A stretch of 13,725 nt of DNA. It comes from Candidatus Iainarchaeum sp. (GTDB lineage Archaea; Iainarchaeota; Iainarchaeia; Iainarchaeales; CSSED10-239). Positions 7,515-13,725 of the stretch are shown one piece after another (position 1 is the stretch's first letter; each line of letters begins with the position of its first letter). The translations under genes and the position numbers were made by a program. The notes under the pieces are model-generated. The model worked only from the letters and a program-made list of their open reading frames with translations, was not told the DNA's origin and ran no database searches. The stretch covers positions 1 to 13,725 of the forward strand of contig PWLL01000005.1 in assembly GCA_003559395.1 (NCBI GenBank). Direction: 5' to 3'.

Positions 7515-8087
7515 ATGATTACCAAAGTTAATTCTGGTGCAGAAGCTGACATATACAAAACAAACATCTTTGATCAAAATGTTTTTATAAAACAAAGAAT
7601 TCCTAAAAACTATAGAAACAAAAAACTAGATGACAAGATAATCAAAACAAGAAACAAACAAGAAGCAAACCTTCTTAAAAAAATAAAAAAACTAAACCTA
7701 AACACGCCTTTTGTGTTTTATGTAGGTCCAAACAAAATCATTATGCAAGAGATAAAGAACGATAACAAACATGAAAGGCAGCTATATGAGATTGGAAAAA
7801 AAATAGCAGAGCTTCATAATAACGACGTGATTCATGGAGATCTTAATCTTATAAACATAATAACTAACAACAAACAAATTTATTTTATTGACTTTGGACT
7901 AGGATTTGTTTCTAGAAAAATAGAAGATAAAGCCACGGATCTTTTAGTCTTTAAAAAAACGCTAAAAAGTTCTTCTAAAACAAAAGATTTTTGGGAGAAA
8001 ATACTTGATGGATATTGTTCAACAACTAAAGAAAAGAAGATTTTTGAAAATATTAAAGCTATAGAAAAAAGAGGACGGTATCTTTAG
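7515..8087 (+). CDS. bud32: Bud32/PRPK-type atypical protein kinase (KEOPS subunit)
   Basis: 'GAEADIY' (Gly-loop equivalent), 'IKQRIPKNYRNKKLDDKIIKTRNKQEANLL', catalytic 'HGDLNLINI', 'IDFGLG', and C-terminal 'IEKRGRY' all match the archaeal Bud32 pattern. I prefer the ATG at 7515, which has AAGGTG 6 nt upstream, over the track start at 7491, which overlaps the previous ORF by 14 nt. Confidence 0.85.
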   Translation: MITKVNSGAEADIYKTNIFDQNVFIKQRIPKNYRNKKLDDKIIKTRNKQEANLLKKIKKLNLNTPFVFYVGPNKIIMQEIKNDNKHERQLYEIGKKIAELHNNDVIHGDLNLINIITNNKQIYFIDFGLGFVSRKIEDKATDLLVFKKTLKSSSKTKDFWEKILDGYCSTTKEKKIFENIKAIEKRGRYL

Positions 8088-8152
8088 TTTTTCTAGAAAA
8101 TGAAAAAAATTGTTGTTTGGTCTAAAACAAAAACAAATATAAATGATTCGTA

Positions 8153-8192
8153 CATATATTATATATATAGAATAAAAATTATTTTTATTTAA
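8153..8192 (+). promoter_or_regulatory. Promoter region (multiple TATA-like elements) for the rps15 operon
   Basis: 'CATATATTATATATATAGAATAAAAATTATTTTTATTT' lies in the only sizeable plus-strand intergenic gap (8088-8233). A T5 tract right after the bud32 stop (8088-8094) suggests the upstream unit terminates first. I cannot resolve the exact TATA or transcription start by eye. Confidence 0.4.
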
Positions 8193-8233
8193 TCGCCACA
8201 GAAAATCTAATAAAAAACAAATGTGAAAGAAAT

Positions 8234-8644
8234 ATGAAAAATACAGAAAATAAGAAAAAAATAGAAATTACTAAAGAAGATTTAGAAAAAACTATTGAAG
8301 AACTTACAAAAAAAGGAAAAACAAACGCAGAAATAGGACTACATGTTAAAGAAAACATGAATGTTAAAAATATCTATGCTTTTTGTGGAGAAAAGATAAT
8401 AGATATACAAAGAAGACTAAAACTAAAAGAAAACAAACTACCAGACGATCTTCTTGCACTAATAAATAAAGCAGTAAAATTGTTAAAACATAGAGATAAA
8501 AATAAAAAAGATACAAGAGCGCTAAGAGGATATCAAATTACTGTTTCTAAAATAAATAGATTAAGAGGATACTATATAAAAAAAGGAATAATTCCAAAAA
8601 ACTGGAGATATTCAGAAGAAACAGCAAAATTGCTTACAAAATAA
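8234..8644 (+). CDS. rps15: 30S ribosomal protein uS15 (archaeal S15P / S13e type)
   Basis: 136 aa. C-terminal 'DTRALRGYQITVSKINRLRGYYIKKGIIPKNWRYSEETAKLL' matches the archaeal/eukaryotic uS15 signature. Confidence 0.9.
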   Translation: MKNTENKKKIEITKEDLEKTIEELTKKGKTNAEIGLHVKENMNVKNIYAFCGEKIIDIQRRLKLKENKLPDDLLALINKAVKLLKHRDKNKKDTRALRGYQITVSKINRLRGYYIKKGIIPKNWRYSEETAKLLTK

Positions 8645-8659
8645 TAAATGGTGTTTAAT

Positions 8660-9235
8660 ATGGCTACAAAAACAAAAAGACAAGTAGATAATTGGAAAAA
8701 AAAGAAATGGTTTGAAATTTATGCAGACTCAGTTTTTGATAATCACATGATTGGAGAAACAATTGCAATTGAAAGTAAAAAACTAATTGGAAGAAAAATA
8801 AAAAAATCACTAAGAGATCTTACAAACAGTGTAAGAGATTCTTATTTTGAAATTACTTTTGTTATTAAAAAAGTTACTGCAACCAAAGCAGATGCAGAAA
8901 TAATAAAATACGAAACAAAAGGAAATTACTTAAGAAGACTAACAAGAAGAGGAAAATCTAAAATAGAACCTGTTTTTTATGTAAAAACAAAAGACAACCA
9001 CACACTAAAACTGAAAATACTATTTATAACAGGTGCAAAATATCCTACAAAAACAAAAACAGAAGCACAAAGAATAATAGTAGATACAATTACAGAAGAT
9101 ATAAAAACTAAAAACCTAAACGAAACATGGAATGATGTAATCTACCAAAAACTAACAAACATTTGCAAAAAAAAATTGTTGAAACTAGGATATGTTAACA
9201 AAATCATTGTATCTAAAGCAACGTTAAAAGAGTGA
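8660..9235 (+). CDS. rps3ae: 30S ribosomal protein eS1 (S3Ae)
   Basis: 'DNWKKKKWFEIYADSVFDNHMIGETIA...LIGRKIKKSLRDLT...YFEITFVIKKV...YLRRLTRRGKSKIE' is the S3Ae pattern. I prefer the ATG at 8660 (MATKTKR...), with GGTG 7 nt upstream, to the track start at 8648. Confidence 0.9.
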   Translation: MATKTKRQVDNWKKKKWFEIYADSVFDNHMIGETIAIESKKLIGRKIKKSLRDLTNSVRDSYFEITFVIKKVTATKADAEIIKYETKGNYLRRLTRRGKSKIEPVFYVKTKDNHTLKLKILFITGAKYPTKTKTEAQRIIVDTITEDIKTKNLNETWNDVIYQKLTNICKKKLLKLGYVNKIIVSKATLKE

Positions 9236-9238
9236 GAT

Positions 9239-9922
9239 ATGCTTGTACTTTATTTCTTTCTTTTTTATATTTTAGGAATCATACTTTGGCTTACAAGAAA
9301 GTATGATTTTTTCACAATTTCTATAACTTTTGTTATCTCTGCTGCTTTTTTAGGTTTTGGAAACCTAGAAATGTTTATCTATGTGCTTATTTTCTTTTGC
9401 GCTGCTGAAGGAATAACCCTTATATTAGATAGATATAAAGAAAATAAACACTCAAAAAGATCCTACAAAAATCTTTTAGGAAACTGCTTAGCAGGGACTG
9501 TGTTTATATCTCTTGGATATCCAGTGGTTGCAATTGCTGCCATATGTGCATCTTTTTGTGACACTCTTTCTTCTGAAGTAGGAATGTTGTCTTCTAGCAA
9601 GCCTAAACTAATAACCACTTTTAAAAACGTAGAAAAAGGAACTGATGGAGGAATTACTTTTATTGGCTATCTGGCTGCATTTGTGGTTTGTTTTTTTACA
9701 ATTGCTTATTTTTATTATGTGCCTGGGTTTATAGGATCAGATTTTGTATATACAAGTAGTTTTTTTATTATTGTTGGTGTTTGTGGAATATTAGGAACCA
9801 CGATAGATAGTTATATAGGAGCAACTTTAGAAAAAAAAGGACTATCCAACAACTATCAAACTAATTTTTTAGCAAGTTCTTTTGCTGGATTAATTGCTCT
9901 TTTGTTATTATATTTTTTATAA
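9239..9922 (+). CDS. DUF92/TMEM19-family polytopic membrane protein (family of the plant phytyl-phosphate kinase VTE6)
   Basis: 227 aa with multiple TM helices. Family-like motifs are 'NLLGNCLAG', 'CDTLSSEVGMLS', 'ITT...V.KGTDGGITFIGYLAA' and 'GILGTTIDSYIGATLE'. It starts 3 nt after the rps3ae stop. Confidence 0.75.
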   Translation: MLVLYFFLFYILGIILWLTRKYDFFTISITFVISAAFLGFGNLEMFIYVLIFFCAAEGITLILDRYKENKHSKRSYKNLLGNCLAGTVFISLGYPVVAIAAICASFCDTLSSEVGMLSSSKPKLITTFKNVEKGTDGGITFIGYLAAFVVCFFTIAYFYYVPGFIGSDFVYTSSFFIIVGVCGILGTTIDSYIGATLEKKGLSNNYQTNFLASSFAGLIALLLLYFL

Positions 9923-9931
9923 AGGTAAAAC

Positions 9932-10360
9932 ATGTATCTTAAAGAAAAAATAAAGTTTGTGTTGTATTTTGTTGTTTATTATTTTGTATTGTTGGTGTTT
10001 GGGTTATATGTTGTTGGTCCTTTTCTTATGGACCTACAATATAGATTGCTAGACCTTATTTTTAAAGACATATCTACACAACTTGTTTTTGTTGCACACT
10101 GTAGCGGAATCATAAGTATTGTTACATATCTTTCTGTTGTCTTGGCTTTATTGACAATAAATAAAAGAGTTATTTTTAAAAAAATAGTGACTAGTGTTTT
10201 GTTATTGTTACTATACAACCTCTTTAGACTATCTGTAATTGTATGGGTTGCAAAAAAAAGTATAGAACAAGCCAACACAACACATGTTGTTTCTTGGTTT
10301 CTGGTTTTTGGGTTGTTAATCTTACTAATTTTAAAAGATTTTAAGAAAATAAAAATATAA
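9932..10360 (+). CDS. Minimal exosortase/archaeosortase-family protein (4 predicted TM helices)
   Basis: 142 aa. 'VAHCSGIISI' carries Cys57 (10100-10102). 'LYNLFRLSVIV' carries Arg99 (10226-10228). 'TTHVVSWFL' carries His118 (10283-10285). All three sit in or at the edge of TM helices, in the order and spacing of the conserved Cys/Arg/His of the exosortase/archaeosortase core. AAGGT lies 6 nt upstream of the ATG. Confidence 0.65.
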   Translation: MYLKEKIKFVLYFVVYYFVLLVFGLYVVGPFLMDLQYRLLDLIFKDISTQLVFVAHCSGIISIVTYLSVVLALLTINKRVIFKKIVTSVLLLLLYNLFRLSVIVWVAKKSIEQANTTHVVSWFLVFGLLILLILKDFKKIKI

Positions 10361-10365
10361 AAAAA

Positions 10366-10388
10366 GTTTTATCTTTAAAAGATAAAAC
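10366..10388. terminator. Palindrome between convergent genes, a possible bidirectional terminator
   Basis: GTTTTATC (10366-10373) is the exact reverse complement of GATAAAAC (10381-10388), with 'TTTAAAA' between. It is flanked by an A5 run (T5 on the minus strand). It fills almost the whole 27-nt gap between the archaeosortase-like gene and secD and touches the secD stop codon. Confidence 0.4.
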
Positions 10389-12013
10389 TACTTAGATGTG
10401 ATTCTTTTTGCAACCTCTGCATATGCAGGTCTTGTTATTAGTATACCAATGGCTGCACCAATAACAATCGTTATTGCAAAACCAACAAGCTTACTTAAAC
10501 CAACACTAAAAAAGATTATTGGAAACATTGTTGCTACGATAGTTGCGCCTGCAGCAAACACAATAAAAAACGCTTTCTTGACCCTATGAACAAGGCTTTC
10601 AGAAACCGTCTCGTCATCATCTTTCTTTTTACTTTTGATTAGTTGATCAGTTATGATTATTTTATGATCCACGCCTGTACCAATGGTTGCAAGAATTCCT
10701 GCAACAGCAGCAAGATCTAGTCTAAAGTTTATAAGTGAGAAAATTCCTAACAAGATTATTATCTCAGAAGCACCAGCCAACATAATTGGAATAGAAATTC
10801 CAAAGTGTCTGTATCTTACAAACAACACTAAACCAACAGACAACAAAGCAATAATACCAATCCATACAGAATTTCTTAAAAACTCATCTCCAAGATAAGG
10901 AGAAATAGATTCTGTACTTATACTGTCAATAGCAATTGGTAATGATCCAGATTCTAATAAAACAACAAGCTCGTCAAGTCTTTCAGCTGCGTCTTGTCTT
11001 GTTTCTCCACCACCTGTGATTGTTAATGATTGAAAAGTATCAAATGCAGGAGAATCTATTGAAGGAGCGTTCATATTTGCAACACTTGGTGTTAAAGAAA
11101 TAATACTTTTAAGACCTGTGGCTTCCCATACCCAAGGAACATTATCTATTTTTTCTTTAGTTATTATTCTGTATCCTATTTCTTCTAGAACTTCAATTGT
11201 GCTTTCATCTATAGATAAAGGAACGACAGCTCTTGGATAGCTTTCATAAGCACTTGTAAGTGAAGAAATTTGGTCTTCTGTTAGTTCTTGATCAACAACA
11301 AAAAACTCAGTTGTTGTTTGTCTTAATATCTCATCAATATGCACTGTTTGACTACCAATCATGTCAGGGTTTGTAGGCACTTGTCTTTCTTCATCATAAA
11401 GTTCTTTATCTAAAACAAAGATAGAATCAGTTGGCCTATCAATAAAAAAATAAGTTTTTTCACAATCATACTCTATTTCTGCACCATAGCCCACAGCAGT
11501 ACATCTGTGAAAAGCCATTCTTGAAAAATTATCAGCAGCTGATGATGATAAAACAAAAGGCAAAGTCCATTGATGGCCACTAGGAGTATCTGAAACTCCA
11601 AAGCCTCTTGCAGGGTCTTTATAGATAGTTCTTATATCCTCTCCAAAAAACAAAACATTTCCATCTAAGATGGCCTCAAATTTACCCTGTCTTAACAAAT
11701 TGCTTCTTAATCTTGCAATTTCTTCAGCATCAGATTCTGCAATCTGCGCAACAATATACTGATTTCCTGAAGAAGTTACTCTAGTATCCATTACTCCAGC
11801 CCAATCTAGCCTTCTAGAAATGATAGATGAGATTCTAGATAGATCTTCTGGAGATACTGGTTCCTCTAACATTATTTGAAAAACAGTTCCTCCTCTAAAA
11901 TCAACACCATATTGCAGGCCTTTGGAAGCAAGCACAAGCAAAGCTATAAATATCAATATAAACCATATAACAATTATTGGTTTTTTTAATAGTTGTTTCA
12001 TTGTTGGTTTCAC
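10388..12013 (-). CDS. secD: Protein-export membrane protein SecD
   Basis: 541 aa. N-terminal TM helix, 'GVDFRGGT', a large (~340 aa) extracytoplasmic domain, then five TM helices. C-terminal block 'GTGVDHKIII...LVGFAITIVIGAAIG' resembles E. coli SecD '...GMAVDANVLI...KGFAITTGIGV'. AGGTGA lies 8 nt upstream, and the start overlaps the secF stop in a 4-nt ATGA overlap. Confidence 0.85.
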   Translation of the reverse strand: MKPTMKQLLKKPIIVIWFILIFIALLVLASKGLQYGVDFRGGTVFQIMLEEPVSPEDLSRISSIISRRLDWAGVMDTRVTSSGNQYIVAQIAESDAEEIARLRSNLLRQGKFEAILDGNVLFFGEDIRTIYKDPARGFGVSDTPSGHQWTLPFVLSSSAADNFSRMAFHRCTAVGYGAEIEYDCEKTYFFIDRPTDSIFVLDKELYDEERQVPTNPDMIGSQTVHIDEILRQTTTEFFVVDQELTEDQISSLTSAYESYPRAVVPLSIDESTIEVLEEIGYRIITKEKIDNVPWVWEATGLKSIISLTPSVANMNAPSIDSPAFDTFQSLTITGGGETRQDAAERLDELVVLLESGSLPIAIDSISTESISPYLGDEFLRNSVWIGIIALLSVGLVLFVRYRHFGISIPIMLAGASEIIILLGIFSLINFRLDLAAVAGILATIGTGVDHKIIITDQLIKSKKKDDDETVSESLVHRVKKAFFIVFAAGATIVATMFPIIFFSVGLSKLVGFAITIVIGAAIGILITRPAYAEVAKRITSK

Positions 12014-13089
12014 CTTCTTCTCTCATTTTTTTTATTTACATAGGTTATAAGTGTAGGTGCGTTAAAGAACCATGTAGATACAAGATCTCCAAGCAATCCA
12101 CATAATAGCACGGTTGCAATTTCAAAAATAACTAACATTTGTGTATAATAAGACACTAACAACATAACTAAGACAGTAAAGATAGTTGTAAAAGTCATTG
12201 TAAGTCCTGTTTTTATAGATGTATTTGCTGCAGAAACAGGATCTCTTTTTTCTTTTAATAGTTTTGTACTTAATAGGATGTCAGTATCAACGGAATATCC
12301 CACTAACATCAGCAAAGCAGGAATCGTTGTTAGATTTAGTGGTAGTCCAAGAACCGCCATTCCTGCAAGAGCAGTAAAAACATCAAACACAGATGAAAAA
12401 ACAATCAATCCTGAAGGGATAATTTCTCTGAAAAATAAAAAAATAACAATTATTAATAAAATAAAAGCAATTATTCCAACTCTTACAGAACTGTCATAAA
12501 AATCGCTTCCTAAAGTTGCAGCAACTTCTCTTATAGAAATTCTATCAGTATCTGCAATATTTAGTTCTTCTTGAAGTACTGCAATTACTCTTTGATTAAA
12601 GTTATTTCCTGCTAGTATGATTGTTTCTCCAAGATATTCTCTTAGTTCATCTTTATTGGTTATTGCGTCTACATAGTCAATATCTGCATTATCTAAAAAG
12701 TTTCTTTCTCTTAAAGGAATTAGTATTTCTTTTGATTGTATTTTTAATTCATCTAGACTAAGATTTAAAAAATCAACTTCTCTTCTTGCTTCTCTTGCTT
12801 GTAAAACATCTTCTTGATCAGAAAACTCTATTATTAGTCCATATTCTGTTGGACTTCTAATCTCATTAACATAAACTTCCATTAGATTAAATTCTGTTGT
12901 AAATCTTTGCTCTATATTTGAAAAGTCTTTTTCTTCATCATATCTTACAATTATTTGGTTTCCTCCACGAAGATCAAGTCCTCTTTCTATTCCAGGAGAT
13001 ACGAATATCAAATATGTGAATACAAGTAACAATACTAAAGGAACAATAAACATTTTTTTATAGTTTTTATGATTATAAAATTTGACCAT
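12010..13089 (-). CDS. secF: Protein-export membrane protein SecF
   Basis: 359 aa. N-terminal TM helix, 'GLDLRGG', a shorter extracytoplasmic domain, then five TM helices with 'VGYSVDTDILL', compare E. coli SecF 'IGYSLNDSIVV'. The secF-then-secD order matches the archaeal arrangement as I recall it. GGTGA lies 7 nt upstream of the ATG. Confidence 0.85.
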   Translation of the reverse strand: MVKFYNHKNYKKMFIVPLVLLLVFTYLIFVSPGIERGLDLRGGNQIIVRYDEEKDFSNIEQRFTTEFNLMEVYVNEIRSPTEYGLIIEFSDQEDVLQAREARREVDFLNLSLDELKIQSKEILIPLRERNFLDNADIDYVDAITNKDELREYLGETIILAGNNFNQRVIAVLQEELNIADTDRISIREVAATLGSDFYDSSVRVGIIAFILLIIVIFLFFREIIPSGLIVFSSVFDVFTALAGMAVLGLPLNLTTIPALLMLVGYSVDTDILLSTKLLKEKRDPVSAANTSIKTGLTMTFTTIFTVLVMLLVSYYTQMLVIFEIATVLLCGLLGDLVSTWFFNAPTLITYVNKKNERRR

Positions 13090-13233
13090 GTATTTTTCAC
13101 CGATTGTAATCTTTTTTACTATTTTTTTTAAAAATAAGTAATAATAATTATTAAGGTTTTATAAAATATTATATATATATAAACTATTATAAACCTAATT
13201 ATTTTCAAAAAAATAACAAATATCCTAAAATAT

Positions 13234-13725
13234 TTAATTGACAAGACAATATAAGTAATCTATTTGTCTATAAGTTGTGTTGTTTCTTGTTTGTTTAGTA
13301 AGTATAATTGATTTATGATATTCTATGATCTTCTCTAAAACAAAAGTAATTTTTTTTTTTGAAATATTTACATACACATAATTCTTTTTTTTGTTTATTT
13401 TATTAAGAAATAACTTTTTAAGAAAAAAAGCATCTTCTTGTAAAGCTCTATAATAAATACCAACATCTAATAAAACAATAGTGTTTTTTTGAAAACTTTT
13501 AAAAAATGCATGTTGCTCTTTGAAAAAACAAAGCTTGTTTTTGTATTTTTCTGTAACTTTATTTTTATAAAAAAAAACATAGTTGTTAAGATAAATATGT
13601 TTTGTTTGTATATTATCAATTATTTTTTTATGTTTTGCATGTTTTATATATCCTAGATAACTGTTAATAGAACTTACTAAACTAGATGTGTGATCATAAT
13701 AATAAACAACCTTGTTTTTATCTAA
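13234..13725 (-). CDS. 3' part of an ORF truncated by the window edge: RT-thumb-like segment plus MutS domain-I-like C-terminal module (possible DGR-type reverse transcriptase)
   Basis: Not in the ORF track because it has no start in the window. Hand translation of the minus strand from 13725 gives 163 sense codons and a TAA at 13234-13236: LDKNKVVYYYDHTSSLVSSINSYLGYIKHAKHKKIIDNIQTKHIYLNNYVFFYKNKVTEKYKNKLCFFKEQHAFFKSFQKNTIVLLDVGIYYRALQEDAFFLKKLFLNKINKKKNYVYVNISKKKITFVLEKIIEYHKSIILTKQTRNNTTYRQIDYLYCLVN*. That it is coding is fairly secure, since 163 open codons is a long run in DNA this AT-rich. The functional call is tentative. Confidence 0.5.
   Translation of the reverse strand, partial: LDKNKVVYYYDHTSSLVSSINSYLGYIKHAKHKKIIDNIQTKHIYLNNYVFFYKNKVTEKYKNKLCFFKEQHAFFKSFQKNTIVLLDVGIYYRALQEDAFFLKKLFLNKINKKKNYVYVNISKKKITFVLEKIIEYHKSIILTKQTRNNTTYRQIDYLYCLVN

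Noticed and set aside
8100-8192. 30-codon ORF (MKKIVVWSKTKTNINDSYIYYIYRIKIIFI) in the bud32-rps15 intergenic region
   Set aside because: It runs straight through the TATA-rich promoter block, has no SD, and its composition reflects the (TA)n tract. It is most likely non-coding.
9979-10278. 99-aa minus-strand ORF overlapping the archaeosortase-like gene
   Set aside because: The plus-strand frame carries the CSG/R/H signature, four clean TM helices and an SD. The antisense frame has none of these.
10398-10898. Plus-strand ORFs 10398-10589 and 10683-10898 inside secD, and 12278-12499 inside secF
   Set aside because: They are antisense to TM-helix-coding regions, and hydrophobic codons read as hydrophobic on the opposite strand too. 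They are short and lack start context.
10388-13089. Swapped SecD/SecF naming, because the 359-aa protein carries 'GLDLRGG' (bacterial SecD-like) and the 541-aa protein carries 'GVDFRGGT' (bacterial SecF-like)
   Set aside because: The C-terminal membrane-domain motifs support the assignment given: 'GYSVD' in the 359-aa protein, 'GFAIT..IG' in the 541-aa protein. So do the sizes of the extracytoplasmic domains and the archaeal secF-secD order. The N-terminal G.D..GG motif is shared by both families.
13090-13233. Possible DGR template repeat in the 144-nt spacer downstream of the RT-like ORF
   Set aside because: The spacer is almost pure A/T with stops in every frame. It shows no similarity that I can see to any coding 3' end in the window. 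It reads as the secF promoter and leader (TATA-like runs, GGTGA SD). Any TR/VR is more likely beyond 13725.
1-13725. CRISPR arrays, rRNA genes, IS elements or transposases, long direct or inverted repeats
   Set aside because: I noticed no regularly spaced repeats, no transposase-like ORF and no long non-coding GC-rich stretch other than the tRNA. The recurring 'TATATATA(G)' blocks sit in intergenic regions and are better explained as archaeal promoter elements. A computational self-dot-plot would be needed to exclude diverged repeats.

Overview
Strongly AT-rich, gene-dense archaeal chromosome segment. The archaeal call rests on RNase P proteins Pop5 and Rpp30, ribosomal protein eS1/S3Ae, Bud32, an archaeal-type ValRS with the CTFGD motif, an archaeosortase-family protein, and Shine-Dalgarno sequences matching the archaeal 16S 3' end (AGGTGA). 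Tiny intergenic gaps, 4-nt ATGA overlaps and low GC suggest a small-genome DPANN-type archaeon, but that lineage is inference. I support 13 CDS (one truncated at the window edge and absent from the ORF track) and one tRNA. Minus-strand unit 1 is tRNA-Arg(UCU), argS, rnp3 (Rpp30), rnp2 (Pop5). A separate minus-strand gene encodes a membrane-anchored, degenerate DsbA/thioredoxin-like protein. Plus-strand unit 1 is valS, a small membrane ORF, bud32. Plus-strand unit 2 is rps15, rps3ae, a DUF92/VTE6-like membrane protein, and a 142-aa minimal archaeosortase-family protein. Minus-strand unit 2 is secF, secD. At the right edge lies the C-terminal 163 codons of an ORF that reads like a reverse-transcriptase thumb segment fused to a MutS domain-I-like module, possibly a diversity-generating retroelement RT. 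The items most worth follow-up are that edge ORF, the DUF92 + mini-archaeosortase pair, the tRNA-Arg/ArgRS/RNase P polycistron, and the apparently permuted CGGS DsbA-like protein. I saw no CRISPR array, rRNA, transposase or obvious long repeat. All homology statements come from reading motifs by eye; no searches were run.
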